Assembly: GCA_963760815.1 (NCBI GenBank)
Contig: CAVXEJ010000004.1
Location: forward strand, 1,549,402 to 1,613,401
Length of the DNA stretch: 64,000 bases
Direction: 5' to 3'
Source: an uncultured Actinomycetes bacterium
GTDB lineage: Bacteria > Actinomycetota > Thermoleophilia > Gaiellales > Gaiellaceae
The position numbers and the translations under genes are program-made. A model generated the notes under the pieces. The model searched no databases. It saw only the letters and a list, made by a program, of their open reading frames with translations, and was not told the DNA's origin. The number at the start of each line of letters is the position of its first letter. The first letter of the stretch is position 1. Below, piece after piece: positions 29,493 to 40,258 of this stretch.

Positions 29493-31890
29493 CGAGCTCG
29501 CGGCGGTAGCGGTCGAGCTTCTCCCGCTCGGCCTCGACCACCTCCGGGTCGGCGTTGGCCACGAACCGGTCGTTGGCGAGCATCTTCTCGCCGCGCCCGA
29601 CCTCAACCTCGAGGCGGGAGATCTCGGCGGCCGCGTTGCCGTCGGTCTCGGCGGGTGCGCGCCGCTCGACCGCCTCGAAGATCCGGCGCTCGTCGTCGGA
29701 GAGCGCCACGCGCACGCCGCTGCGGCGAACGATCGCGACGGCATCCTGAACCCGCTGGAGCGCGTTCGCGTCGGCGTCGTAGTCGCCGCTCGGCTCGGGC
29801 CACGGCGCGACGATCAGCCGGGTCTGCCGCGCGGGCAGGTTCGTCCAGATCTCCTCGGTGACGTGCGGCATGATCGGGTGGAGGAGGGCGAGCAAACGTT
29901 CGAGCGCGACCAGCGCGGTCGCCCCGGCGGCCGTGTCCTTCTCGTAGAGCCGCGGCTTGATCGCCTCCGCGTACCAGTCGCAGAAGTCGTCGAATGTGAG
30001 CCGGTAGACCGCGTTCACCGCGCGGGTGAACTCGAACGACTCGACCGCGTCCCCGACCTCGCGCGCCGTGGCGTCGATGCGCGCCAGGATCCAGCGCTCC
30101 TCGACCTCGCGCGGATCGAGCGCGGGCGCGACGCCCTCGGCGTTCCCGAGGATGAGCCGGCTCACGTTCCAGAGCTTGTTCGCGAGCTTGCGCCCCTCCT
30201 CGACCGCGCCGTAGGAGAAGCGCACGTCCTGCGTCGAGGACATCTTCAGGAGCCCGTAGCGAACCGCGTCGGTGCCGTGGTCGGCGATCACGTCGAGCGG
30301 GTCGATGCCGGTGCCGAGGCTCTTCGACATGCGCCGCCCGTCGGGGGCGAGCACGGTCGAATGGATGATCACGTCCTCGAACGGGATCTCGCCCATGAGC
30401 TCGAGGCCCATGAACAGCATGCGGTTCTCCCAGAGGCGGATGATCTCGCGCGCGGTCGTCTGCAGATGCCCGGGGTAGAACGCCTGGAGGTCGGGCGTCG
30501 AGTCGGGCCAGCCGAGCGTCGCGAACGGCCACAGCGCCGAGGAGAACCAGGTGTCGAGCACGTCGTCGGAGCGCTTGAGCTCGGTCGAGCCGCACTCGCC
30601 GCACGCATCCGGGTCGGTGTCACGCACGGTCAGATGGCCGCTCGGGCACTCCCAGATCGGGAGCCGGTGGCCCCACCACAGCTGGCGCGAGATGCACCAG
30701 TCGGGCGCGTTCTCCAGCGAGTCGTAGGCGTAGCGGTGCTGCGACTCGGGGTGGAAGCGGACGGTGCGGGTCTCGAGCGCGAGCATGGCCGGCTTCTTCA
30801 GCTCGTCCATCGCGCACCACCACTGGAGCGAGATGAGCGGCTCGATGCGGCTCTCACACCGCTCGCACAGGGCCACGGTGTGGCGGTACGCCTCGCGCTT
30901 CTCCAGCAGGTCGCGCTCCTTGCACCACGCGATGATCTTCTCGGCCGCCTCGTCCTGGGTGAGGCCCGCGAGCTCGGGGACGTGGTCGTTCATGCGGCCG
31001 TCGGGACCGATGCACATCGGCTCGGGGAGCGCGTGGGCGCGGCCGATCTCGAAGTCCTTCTGGTCGTGGCCGGGCGTCACCTTGAGCGCGCCCGTGCCGA
31101 ACTCGGGGTCGACGCGCTCGTCGGCGATCACGAGCACGGGGCGCTCGGTGAACGGGACGACGACCTCCTTGCCGATCGCGTCGGTGTAGCGCGGGTCGTC
31201 CGGATGCACCGCGACGGCGACGTCGGCCGGGATGGTCGCGGGCCGCGCGGTCGCGATCGCGACGTAGCCCGAGCCGTCCACGAAGGGGTAGCGGATCGTC
31301 GTCAGCGCGTCATCGCGCTCGGCGTGGATCAGCTCGAGGTCGGAGAGCGAGGTCTGGTGGAACGGGCACCAGTTGATGATCCGGTTCGCCCGGTAGATCC
31401 AGCCCTTGTCGTAGAGATGGACGAACGCGTGCATGACCGCGCGGACGTAGCCGTCGTCCATCGTGAACCGCTCGCGGCGGTAGTCGAGCGAGGCGCCCAT
31501 GCGGCGGAACTGGGTCATGATCTTGCCGCCGTACTCGCGCAGCCACTCCCAGACGCGGGCCTCGAACGCCTCGCGGCCGAGATCCTGGCGCGTCTTCCCC
31601 TCGGTGCGCAGGTGCTTCTCGACCGCGTTCTGGGTCGAGATGCCGGCGTGGTCGTAGCCGGGCTGGAAGAGGACGTTGTAGCCCTGCATCCGCTTCAGCC
31701 GGCAGAGCGCGTCGCCGAGCGCCAGCTGGAGCGCGTGGCCCATGTGCAGCTCGCCCGTCACGTTGGGCGGCGGATGGGCGTCGACGAACGTCGGGCGGGA
31801 CGGGTCGGGGTCGGCGTTGTAGAGGCCTTCCTCCTCCCACGTCCGCTGCCAGCGCTCCTCGACTCCTTCTGGGCGGTACAGCGTGTCCAC
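29476..31890 (-). CDS. valS: Valyl-tRNA synthetase
   Basis: 804 aa. PPPNVTGELHMGHAL (HIGH-type), RMSKSLGTG (KMSKS), C-terminal coiled coil. Confidence 0.97.
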   Translation of the reverse strand: MDTLYRPEGVEERWQRTWEEEGLYNADPDPSRPTFVDAHPPPNVTGELHMGHALQLALGDALCRLKRMQGYNVLFQPGYDHAGISTQNAVEKHLRTEGKTRQDLGREAFEARVWEWLREYGGKIMTQFRRMGASLDYRRERFTMDDGYVRAVMHAFVHLYDKGWIYRANRIINWCPFHQTSLSDLELIHAERDDALTTIRYPFVDGSGYVAIATARPATIPADVAVAVHPDDPRYTDAIGKEVVVPFTERPVLVIADERVDPEFGTGALKVTPGHDQKDFEIGRAHALPEPMCIGPDGRMNDHVPELAGLTQDEAAEKIIAWCKERDLLEKREAYRHTVALCERCESRIEPLISLQWWCAMDELKKPAMLALETRTVRFHPESQHRYAYDSLENAPDWCISRQLWWGHRLPIWECPSGHLTVRDTDPDACGECGSTELKRSDDVLDTWFSSALWPFATLGWPDSTPDLQAFYPGHLQTTAREIIRLWENRMLFMGLELMGEIPFEDVIIHSTVLAPDGRRMSKSLGTGIDPLDVIADHGTDAVRYGLLKMSSTQDVRFSYGAVEEGRKLANKLWNVSRLILGNAEGVAPALDPREVEERWILARIDATAREVGDAVESFEFTRAVNAVYRLTFDDFCDWYAEAIKPRLYEKDTAAGATALVALERLLALLHPIMPHVTEEIWTNLPARQTRLIVAPWPEPSGDYDADANALQRVQDAVAIVRRSGVRVALSDDERRIFEAVERRAPAETDGNAAAEISRLEVEVGRGEKMLANDRFVANADPEVVEAEREKLDRYRRELDALRS

Positions 31891-31927
31891 GCATGGATTC
31901 TACGGACGTACACTTTCTGCGAGCTCC

Positions 31928-33853
31928 ATGAGCCAAGTCGCCGACGATCCCCTGACCGCAGGCCGCGAGGCCGCCGCCCGCGGCGCGTGGCGCGAGGCGT
32001 ACGACACGCTCAAGCCCGCCCAGTCCGAGCTGAACGGGGACGACCTCGAGATGCTCGCCGAGGCCGCCTGGTGGCTCGGCAACCTGGACGAGGCGATCGG
32101 CCTGCGCGAGCGAGCGCATGCCCGGTTCCTGAAGGACGGAGACAAGCCGCGCGCGGCACAGATCGCACTCGTGCTCTCGGGCGACTTCTTCGGCAAGGCC
32201 GACCTCGCGGTCTCGCAGGGCTGGTTCTCGAAGGCCGAGCGGCTTCTCGAAGGCGAGCCGGAGTCGCTCGAGCACGGATACCTCGCGCTGTTCCAGGGGC
32301 TGAACGCGCTCGCGACCGATCTTGCCTTCGCGATTGCGAAGGCGGAGGCGGCGCACGAGATCGCGACCCGGTTCGAGAGCCCCGACCTCCAGGCGCTCGC
32401 GCTCGTGACCAAGGGCCGGGCGCTCGTCCTTCGAGGCGAGGCCACCGAGGGGCTCGCCCTCCTCGACGAGGCGACCGCATCCGCCGTGAGCGGCGAGCTG
32501 CGGCCGCTCTCGACCGGGTGGGTCTATTGCGTGACCATCACCTCGTGCAACGGCGTCGGCGACTACCGCCGCGCGTCCGAGTGGACGACGGCGGCGAAGC
32601 GCTGGTGTGACGGCATGGACGTCAAGGGCTTCCCCGGCGCCTGCCGCGTTCACCACGCGACCGTCAAGCGCCTCCAGGGAGACTGGGCGGGCGCCGAGGA
32701 GCAGGCGCTGCAGGCCTGCGAGGAGCTCCAGGGCTTCGACGCCTGGACGACCGCGGCCGGCTTCTACGAGATCGGCGAGATCCGACGGCGCCGCGGCGAC
32801 TTCGCGGCCGCCGAGGAGTCCTACCGCCAGGCGAAGGAATGGGGACGCAGCCCGCAGCCGGGACTCGCGCTCCTGCGGCTCGCCCAGGGGAAGGTCGACG
32901 CAGCCGTGTCCGCGATCACACGCGCCATGGAGGCGGGCGGCGACCCGATCAGCGTCATCCGGCGGCTGCCGGCGCAGATCGAGATCTCGCTCGCGGCCGG
33001 CGATCTGAAAACGGCCCGCGAGGCGGCGGCCGAACTCGAGAAGCTCACCGAGATGTTCCGGGTCGGCGAGGAGCGGACTCCTGCGTTCCAGGCAAGCGTG
33101 TGCTTCGCGTGGGGCCAGATCCGCCTCGCCGAAGGAGATGCCGCGGCGGCCGTGAAGCAGCTCGAGCGCGCCGTCGAGATCTGGGGCGACGTCGGGATCC
33201 CGTACGAGACGGCCGAGGCGCAGATGCATCTCGGGCTCGCGCTTCGCAAGGTCGGCGACGAGGACGCGGCCGTCGAGGAGCTGACTGCGGCCCGCTCGAC
33301 GTTCCAGCGTCTCGGCGCGGTGCTCGACGCCCAGCGCGTGTCCGAGCTCCTCGGCGAGGTTCCGGTCACCCGGACGTTCATGTTCACGGACATCGTCGAC
33401 TCGACGAAGCTGGCCGAGGCGCTCGGCGAGGCGAAGTGGGCGAAGCTCCTCGCCTGGCACGACCGGACGCTCCGCGAGCTCCTCCAGGCCGAGGGCGGCG
33501 ACGTGATCAAGCAGACGGGTGACGGGTTCTTCGCGGCGTTCGACTCCCCAGCGGCGGCGGTCGAGGCTGCGGTCTCCGTGCAGCGGGCTTTGGATGGGTA
33601 CGAAGGGGTCGCTCCCGACGTTCGGGTCGGGTTGCACGCCGGCGGCGCGTTCGCGAAGGACGAGGGCGACTACGGCGGACAGGGCGTCCACGCGGCGGCG
33701 CGGATCGGCGCGCTCGGGGGGGCGGGTGAGATCCTCGCGAGCTCGGAAACGCTCGCCGACACGGCGATCCGCTACCCGGTCAAGAACACCCGCTCGGTCG
33801 AGCTCAAAGGCATCGCCGAGCCGGTCGAGATCACCGAGATCGCCTGGCGCTGA
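31928..33853 (+). CDS. Class III adenylate/guanylate cyclase with ~470-aa TPR-like helical N-terminal region
   Basis: C-terminus VTRTFMFTDIVDSTKLAEALGE...GDVIKQTGDGFFAAF...VRVGLHAGGA...GQGVHAAARI. Start ambiguous (31883 or 31928). Confidence 0.8.
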   Translation: MSQVADDPLTAGREAAARGAWREAYDTLKPAQSELNGDDLEMLAEAAWWLGNLDEAIGLRERAHARFLKDGDKPRAAQIALVLSGDFFGKADLAVSQGWFSKAERLLEGEPESLEHGYLALFQGLNALATDLAFAIAKAEAAHEIATRFESPDLQALALVTKGRALVLRGEATEGLALLDEATASAVSGELRPLSTGWVYCVTITSCNGVGDYRRASEWTTAAKRWCDGMDVKGFPGACRVHHATVKRLQGDWAGAEEQALQACEELQGFDAWTTAAGFYEIGEIRRRRGDFAAAEESYRQAKEWGRSPQPGLALLRLAQGKVDAAVSAITRAMEAGGDPISVIRRLPAQIEISLAAGDLKTAREAAAELEKLTEMFRVGEERTPAFQASVCFAWGQIRLAEGDAAAAVKQLERAVEIWGDVGIPYETAEAQMHLGLALRKVGDEDAAVEELTAARSTFQRLGAVLDAQRVSELLGEVPVTRTFMFTDIVDSTKLAEALGEAKWAKLLAWHDRTLRELLQAEGGDVIKQTGDGFFAAFDSPAAAVEAAVSVQRALDGYEGVAPDVRVGLHAGGAFAKDEGDYGGQGVHAAARIGALGGAGEILASSETLADTAIRYPVKNTRSVELKGIAEPVEITEIAWR

Positions 33854-33878
33854 CGCGGCCGCGCGCCGCGCCTCCCAC

Positions 33879-33938
33879 GCACGTCCCTTTCAGCCACGAC
33901 CGGGGTCAGACCCCGGGCATGGCCCGAAGGGACACGCC
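33879..33938 (+). repeat. REP-like palindromic element, copy 3 (full-length ~58-nt hairpin between convergent cyclase and clpX)
   Basis: cacgtccctttcagccacgaCCGGGGTCAGACCCCGGgcatggcccgaagggacacgccc. Confidence 0.85.
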
Positions 33939-33962
33939 CGCCGCGGAAGCGCGGAGCCGCGG

Positions 33963-35237
<1,275 letters not shown>

Positions 35238-35282
35238 GTCTGCTTAACCTTGTAGCGCGTCTTTCCGGTTACGCCTAGGGGA

Positions 35283-35891
35283 TCAGGCTGCCGCGGCGAC
35301 TCCGGCGCCGCGCTGGGTCTGGACGGTGTCGATGATTCCGTAGTCCTTCGCCTCCTGCGCCGTCATGAAGTAGTCGCGCTCCATGTCGGTCGAGACCTTC
35401 TCGATCGTCTGCTCGGTGTGCTCGGCGAGGATCTCCTCCAGCCGGCGCTTGATGTTGATGACCTCGCGCGCCTGGATCTCGATGTCGGTCGCCTGGCCCT
35501 GGAAGCCGCTCGAGACCTGGTGGATCAGGATCTTCGAGTTGGGCAGCGCCATGCGCTTGCCCTTGGCGCCGCCGGCCAGCAGGACCGCTCCCATCGACAT
35601 CGCCATGCCGACGCACACGGTCTGAACCTGGGGCTTGATGTACTGCATCGTGTCGTACACGGCGAGACCGGCGTACACCGATCCGCCCGGCGAGTTGATG
35701 TAGATCGAGATGTCCTTGTCGGGATCCTCCGATTCGAGATGGATCAGCTGCGCGATGATGAGATTCGCGATCTGATCGTCGATCGGGGTCCCGAGGAAGA
35801 TGATGCGCTCGTTCAGTAGGCGCGAGTAGATGTCGAACGCGCGCTCGCCGCGCGATGTCTGCTCCACCACCATCGGGATCAGGGGACTCAT
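35283..35891 (-). CDS. clpP: ATP-dependent Clp protease proteolytic subunit ClpP
   Basis: [26 protein letters not shown]...GMAMSMGA (Ser)...ILIHQ (His). ATG overlaps the tig stop (ATGA). Confidence 0.95.
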   Translation of the reverse strand: MSPLIPMVVEQTSRGERAFDIYSRLLNERIIFLGTPIDDQIANLIIAQLIHLESEDPDKDISIYINSPGGSVYAGLAVYDTMQYIKPQVQTVCVGMAMSMGAVLLAGGAKGKRMALPNSKILIHQVSSGFQGQATDIEIQAREVINIKRRLEEILAEHTEQTIEKVSTDMERDYFMTAQEAKDYGIIDTVQTQRGAGVAAAA

Positions 35892-37255
35892 GTCGTACGT
35901 TCCTCCTCGCTGCCTGGGGTCCAAATGTTCATCCCGGAGGTGCTCTTCTCCTTCTCCGGGGTCCAGAGTTTGTCGCGGGCCTGGGCGAGCTCCACCGGAA
36001 TCGGCTTCACGCCGGCCGCGATCTCGTCGAGTGCTTTTCTCATTCTCAGGTCGGTGCGCAGGGCCTCGAGGGCGCCGCGCTCACGAAGATTTTCGAGCGT
36101 CGTGTCGGGGTCGTCGCCGACCGCTTCGGACTGCTCGCGGACGAACGCCTCGAGCTCCTCGTCCGTGATCTGAAGCTCGAGCTTGTCCGCGACCGCGTCG
36201 AGGACGAGCTCGCGGCGGATCGCCCGCTCGGCCTGCGCGCGCAGGCGCATGGCCACGTCCTCCTGCGACTGGTTCGTCGTCGCCAGGTAGGTCTCGACGC
36301 TGATGCCGCGCTGCGCGAGCGAGCGCGCGAGGCCGTTGAAGAGCTCCGATGCGCGCCGGTCGACGAGCGCGCCGGGAACGTCGAACGGGGTCGCGTCGAC
36401 GAGCGCGTCGACGGCCGACTCGCGGAAGGCGGCCTCGACCTCGTCGGCGATCGCCTCGTGCAGGCGGCCCTCGATGTCGGCGCGCAGGTCGGCGAGCGTG
36501 TCGAACTCGCTCGCGGACTTCGCCAGCTCGTCGTCCAGCTCGGGGAGGACGGGCTCCTTGATCTCCTTCAGGGTCATGAGGACGTCGGTGGTCTCCTCGT
36601 CGGGCAGCGCGAGCACGACGGTCTTCGCCTCGCCGGCGGCCATGCCCGGGAGCGCGTCGTCGAGCTCGTCGATCAGCCGGCCGCTTCCCACCTCGGTCAC
36701 GTAGTCGCGCTGCGTGCCGACCTGCTCGCCCTCGAGGTCGACGACAACCGTGTCGCCCTCCTGCGCGGGCCGCTCGACCGGAACGAGCTCGGCCACGGTT
36801 CGGCGCAGCTCCTCCAGCTCGGCGTCGACGATCTCGGCGGGAACCTCGGGCTCGGCCTTCGGCACCTCGAGCTCCGACCACTCGCCGACTTCCGGCTTGG
36901 TCAGGACGGCGACGGTGGCGGTGAACTGGAACGGCTCGCCCTCGCCGGGCATCTCGCCCAGCTCGACCTCGGGCGCGCTGACCGCCTGGATGCCCGCCTC
37001 GTCGGCGGCGTTCCAAAACCAGCCGTCGAGGTGGCCGCGAACGGCCTCGTCCCACACGGCGTCGCGCCCGATCCGCGCCGTGACCACGGCCAGCGGCGCG
37101 TGGCCCGGCCGGAACCCCGGGATCCGCGTGTTCGCGGCGAGGTCGGTGGCGGCGTGCTCGAACGCGTGCGCGACGTCGTGCTCGGAGACTTCGACCGCGA
37201 GGCGAACGCGGTTTTCGGAGAGCTCTTCGACGGTCGTCTTCACGGCCCGGCCCAT
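35888..37255 (-). CDS. tig: Trigger factor
   Basis: [19 protein letters not shown]...[10 protein letters not shown]... Start is ATG 37255 or GTG 37243. The longer ORF N-terminus is a translated tRNA. Confidence 0.9.
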   Translation of the reverse strand: MGRAVKTTVEELSENRVRLAVEVSEHDVAHAFEHAATDLAANTRIPGFRPGHAPLAVVTARIGRDAVWDEAVRGHLDGWFWNAADEAGIQAVSAPEVELGEMPGEGEPFQFTATVAVLTKPEVGEWSELEVPKAEPEVPAEIVDAELEELRRTVAELVPVERPAQEGDTVVVDLEGEQVGTQRDYVTEVGSGRLIDELDDALPGMAAGEAKTVVLALPDEETTDVLMTLKEIKEPVLPELDDELAKSASEFDTLADLRADIEGRLHEAIADEVEAAFRESAVDALVDATPFDVPGALVDRRASELFNGLARSLAQRGISVETYLATTNQSQEDVAMRLRAQAERAIRRELVLDAVADKLELQITDEELEAFVREQSEAVGDDPDTTLENLRERGALEALRTDLRMRKALDEIAAGVKPIPVELAQARDKLWTPEKEKSTSGMNIWTPGSEEERTT

Positions 37256-37291
37256 TCTGCCAGCGTTGCGCCGCGCCGCGGGGAGTACCGA

Positions 37292-37375
37292 TGCGGGCGA
37301 GAGGACTCGAACCTCCAAGAGCTTTCGCTCAACGGGTCCTAAACCCGTCGCGTCTACCAGTTCCGCCACACCCGC
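37292..37375 (-). tRNA. tRNA-Leu (anticodon TAG)
   Basis: GCGGGTGTGGCGGAACTGGTAGACGCGACGGGTTTAGGACCCGTTGAGCGAAAGCTCTTGGAGGTTCGAGTCCTCTCGCCCGCA, with a long variable arm. Confidence 0.9.
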
Positions 37376-37411
37376 GTTCTCCCGGAAGGGTATGCGCTAG
37401 CTTCCGTCGCA

Positions 37412-38254
37412 ATGCGAGGGCTCATGGAACGGAAGTGGCCCGCGATCCTCGCCCGTGCCGCACGCGGCGCCCTCGCCGACGGAGCGACCGACGTCGCCGC
37501 GGCGCTCGCCTACTACGCGTTCCTGGCCGTGCCGGCCGTCGGGCTCGTCACGCTCGGGCTCTTCACCGTCCTCGCGGGCGAGGACACCGTGGACGGCCTG
37601 GTCGACCGGCTCGACGGCGTCGTCCCTGACGAGGCGACCGCGCTCGTCCAGGACTCCCTCACGCGCGCGCTCGACAACCACACCGGCGGGATCGCGCTGA
37701 TCGTCGTCGGCGTCGTGCTCGCGGTCTGGACGGCGACCAGCGCGATGGGCGCCCTCATGCGCGGGCTGAACCGGATCCATGGGCTGGCCGAGAGCCGCTC
37801 GTACGTGCGCCGGCGGCTGCTCGCGCTCCTCATGCTCGGCTGGGTGCTGCTCGCGCTCGCGCTCCTGCTGGCGCTGCTCGTGCTCGGGCCGGTCATGTCC
37901 GAGTGGGTCGGCGACGCGCTCGACGCCGAGAGCGCCGTCAGCTGGATCTGGTGGATCGCCCAGTGGCCGATCCTGCTCGGCGTGCTGTTCGCGACCTTCG
38001 GCGCGGTGCTCTACCTCGGCCCGAACACGGAGCCGCGGCGGCTTCGCCTCGTGACTCCCGGGGCGGTAGTCGCGATCACGATCTGGCTCGTTGCGTCGGG
38101 CGGGTTCGCGATCTACGTCGACCGCTTCGGCTCCTACAACAAGGCGTGGGGCTCGCTCGCGGGCGTGATCATCGTCCTCACCTGGCTGTGGCTCTCCGCG
38201 CTCGCGCTCGTCCTCGGCGCCGAGGTGAACAAGGAGGCCGAGCGCGCGCGCTGA
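37412..38254 (+). CDS. YihY/BrkB-family membrane protein
   Basis: 280 aa polytopic; DVAAALAYYAFLAVPAVGL...WGSLAGVIIVLTWLWLSALALVLGAEVN. Confidence 0.8.
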   Translation: MRGLMERKWPAILARAARGALADGATDVAAALAYYAFLAVPAVGLVTLGLFTVLAGEDTVDGLVDRLDGVVPDEATALVQDSLTRALDNHTGGIALIVVGVVLAVWTATSAMGALMRGLNRIHGLAESRSYVRRRLLALLMLGWVLLALALLLALLVLGPVMSEWVGDALDAESAVSWIWWIAQWPILLGVLFATFGAVLYLGPNTEPRRLRLVTPGAVVAITIWLVASGGFAIYVDRFGSYNKAWGSLAGVIIVLTWLWLSALALVLGAEVNKEAERAR

Positions 38255-38306
38255 GCGAAAGGCCATGTCCGGGGTCAGACCCCGGCCGTGGCCGAAACGG
38301 ACGGTG
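38255..38306 (+). repeat. REP-like palindromic element, copy 4
   Basis: aaaggccatgtCCGGGGTCAGACCCCGGccgtggccgaaacggacgg. Confidence 0.85.
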
Positions 38307-38407
38307 GCGCGGCGCGCTCGAGGTCGCAAACGCTCTGGGCACGCGCCACCGGCAGTTTGGCTCTGCGCGAATCTCCATCGTTCAGGTGGACAAGGCGGCC
38401 TCGCCCC

Positions 38408-38455
38408 GGCGGCCATGTCCGGGGTCAGACCCCGGCCGTGGCCGAAAGGGACGGG
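38408..38455 (+). repeat. REP-like palindromic element, copy 5
   Basis: ggcggccatgtCCGGGGTCAGACCCCGGccgtggccgaaagggacggg. Confidence 0.85.
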
Positions 38456-38484
38456 TGAAGCCCGGGACTAGACTGGCTCTGCCC

Positions 38485-38556
38485 GGCCCCGTAGCTCAGT
38501 GGATAGAGCGGCAGGCTTCGAACCTGCGCGCGGAGGTTCGATTCCTCCCGGGGCCA
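38485..38556 (+). tRNA. tRNA-Arg (anticodon TCG)
   Basis: GGCCCCGTAGCTCAGTGGATAGAGCGGCAGGCTTCGAACCTGCGCGCGGAGGTTCGATTCCTCCCGGGGCCA folds as a cloverleaf with a 4-nt variable loop. Confidence 0.85.
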
Positions 38557-38557
38557 C

Positions 38558-38746
38558 TCAGCCGGTGTGGCGCGCCAGGTCGGCCTTGACCGCCTCGGCG
38601 ATCTGCCAGCGCAGGCGCTCCGCACGGCTGTCCTTCTCTACGACGAGGCGGCGCAGCTCGTCGAGCAGCCGCTCGACGTCCGCCTGCCCCCTCCGCCGGA
38701 CTGTGACGGAGGGGGCATTCGACGAGGAGAGGAGAGCGGTGCTCAT
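38558..38746 (-). CDS. Hypothetical 62-aa helical protein (weak call)
   Basis: ORF only; ERLLDELRRLVVEKDSRAERLRWQIAEAV. No SD and no recognised family. Confidence 0.25.
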   Translation of the reverse strand: MSTALLSSSNAPSVTVRRRGQADVERLLDELRRLVVEKDSRAERLRWQIAEAVKADLARHTG

Positions 38747-38836
38747 GCGATGAGGAAAGGAGACCAGGTGGGCGTGAGAGACCGATGAGATTGAGCTAAA
38801 CGGTTCCTAAGACTCTTTCGGGCACACTTCCCCGCG

Positions 38837-39895
38837 ATGGCGACCTACGACTTGCTGCGCGACCTACCCGTCGAGATCGACTCGTACACGCTCGAAGGGC
38901 TCGTCCTCGACGTGTCGAGCGGGTTCACGCGGCACACGACCGTGATCCGTCTGGCCGGCGCCGGCGAGGAGGGTCTCGGCGAGGACGTCACCTACGACGG
39001 CGACGACCAGCTCCGGCTCCAGGAGGCGGGCGCGTCCCTGCCGCTCGCCGGGTCGCACACGATCGACTCGTTCTCCGAACTCGTCGGCGGGCTCGACACC
39101 TTTCCGCAGGCGCCCGAGCGCGACGTGTACCGCATCTACCGCCGCTGGGCCTTCGAGAGCGCAGCGCTGGATCTGGCGCTCCGCCAGGCCGGGATTCCGC
39201 TGACCGAGGCGCTCGGACGCGAAGCCAGGCCGCTGAATTTCGTCGTATCCATGCGGCTCGGCGAGGAGCCGACGAGTGCGCCCGTGCGCGGGATCCTCGA
39301 GAACTACCCGGGCATGAAGTTCAAGCTCGACGCGACGGGCGAGTGGACGGACGACCTCATCGAGGAGCTTCGCGAGCTCGGCGCCGTCGACTCGATCGAC
39401 CTGAAAGGCCAGTACAAGGGCACGGTCGTCGACCAGGCGCCGGACGTCGATCTCTACCGGCGCGTGATCGAGGCGTTCCCGGACGCGTGGATCGAGGATC
39501 CGGACGTGACGCCCGAGACGAAGCCCGTGTTGGAACGAGTCCGAGATCGGGTCACCTGGGACGCGATCATCCACTCGGTCGCCGACATCGAGGCGCTCGA
39601 GTGGCCGCCGAAGACCGTGAATGTGAAGCCGTCGCGGTTCGGCAGCCTGAGCGCGCTCTGCGACGCGTACGACTACTGCGAGAAGCACTGGATCGGCGCG
39701 TACGGCGGCGGCCAGTTCGAGCTCGGGCCGGGCCGCGGGCAGATCCAGTACCTCGCGTCGGTCTTCCATCCGGACACGCCGAACGACGTCGCACCCGGCG
39801 GCTTCAATCTCACGAACCCCGGACCGGGGCTGCCGTCGAGCCCGATGGCGCCGGAGCTCGAGGCGACCGGGTTCCGCTGGCGGAACGACGGGTAG
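38837..39895 (+). CDS. Enolase-superfamily-like (MR/MLE-type) protein, function unknown
   Basis: WAFESAALDLALRQAGIPLTEALG, KFKLDATGEW, IEDPD, NVKPSRFGSL resemble MR/MLE landmarks. This is motif-level resemblance only. Confidence 0.5.
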   Translation: MATYDLLRDLPVEIDSYTLEGLVLDVSSGFTRHTTVIRLAGAGEEGLGEDVTYDGDDQLRLQEAGASLPLAGSHTIDSFSELVGGLDTFPQAPERDVYRIYRRWAFESAALDLALRQAGIPLTEALGREARPLNFVVSMRLGEEPTSAPVRGILENYPGMKFKLDATGEWTDDLIEELRELGAVDSIDLKGQYKGTVVDQAPDVDLYRRVIEAFPDAWIEDPDVTPETKPVLERVRDRVTWDAIIHSVADIEALEWPPKTVNVKPSRFGSLSALCDAYDYCEKHWIGAYGGGQFELGPGRGQIQYLASVFHPDTPNDVAPGGFNLTNPGPGLPSSPMAPELEATGFRWRNDG

Positions 39896-39905
39896 GAGGG
39901 CAGGC

Positions 39906-40103
39906 GTGATCAAGCTCTATTTCCTTCTCACGCGCGGGTGGAAGCTCATCCCGAGGCGGCACCGGCGGCAGGCGATGATCACCGCCGCGATGCTGGCGAA
40001 GACGCACGGCCCCAAGGCCGCGCGCCTGGCGCGGGAGCACGGGCCGAAGATCGCCGATGCGGCCAACCGCGCCCGCGCCGCCGTGCGCAAGCCGCCCCGC
40101 TAG
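39906..40103 (+). CDS. Small basic hypothetical protein (65 aa)
   Basis: GTG start 6 nt after GGAGG. MIKLYFLLTRGWKLIPRRHRRQ... Confidence 0.4.
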   Translation: MIKLYFLLTRGWKLIPRRHRRQAMITAAMLAKTHGPKAARLAREHGPKIADAANRARAAVRKPPR

Positions 40104-40105
40104 CT

Positions 40106-40151
40106 CGTCCTCTCGAGCCACGGCCGGGGTCTGACCCCTGACCTGTCCACG
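40106..40151 (-). repeat. REP-like palindromic element, copy 6 (inverted orientation, slightly degenerate)
   Basis: gagccacggCCGGGGTCTGACCCCTGacctgtccacg. Confidence 0.75.
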
Positions 40152-40208
40152 ATTTCGCTCGCCCGCGGTTCGATTTGGCTCACGACGGGCGGTCGGCTGC
40201 GAAAGGAC

Positions 40209-40255
40209 GCGTCCGTTTCGGGCATGCCAGGGGTCAGACCCCGGCCATGTCCCGC
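40209..40255 (+). repeat. REP-like palindromic element, copy 7
   Basis: gcgtccgtttcgggcatgCCAGGGGTCAGACCCCGGccatgtcccgc. Confidence 0.8.
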
Positions 40256-40258
40256 TCG

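Noticed and set aside
28759-32610. Very long ORFs antisense to or overlapping confirmed genes, e.g. 28759..32610 (+, 1283 aa), 31310..33691 (-), 46993..49266 (-), 50776..52806 (-), 47598..52082 (+), 8922..11228 (-), 4723..6567 (-).
   Set aside because: Their translations are Arg/Gly/Pro/Ala-rich low-complexity strings with no motifs. They shadow genes with unambiguous homology-like motifs (valS, folC, S8 proteases, leuS, comEC). Stop-poor alternative frames are expected at ~70% GC.
35888-37369. An extended trigger factor N-terminus (MAELVDATGLGPVERKLLEVRVLSPA...).
   Set aside because: That segment is the translation of tRNA-Leu (37292-37375) on the same strand.
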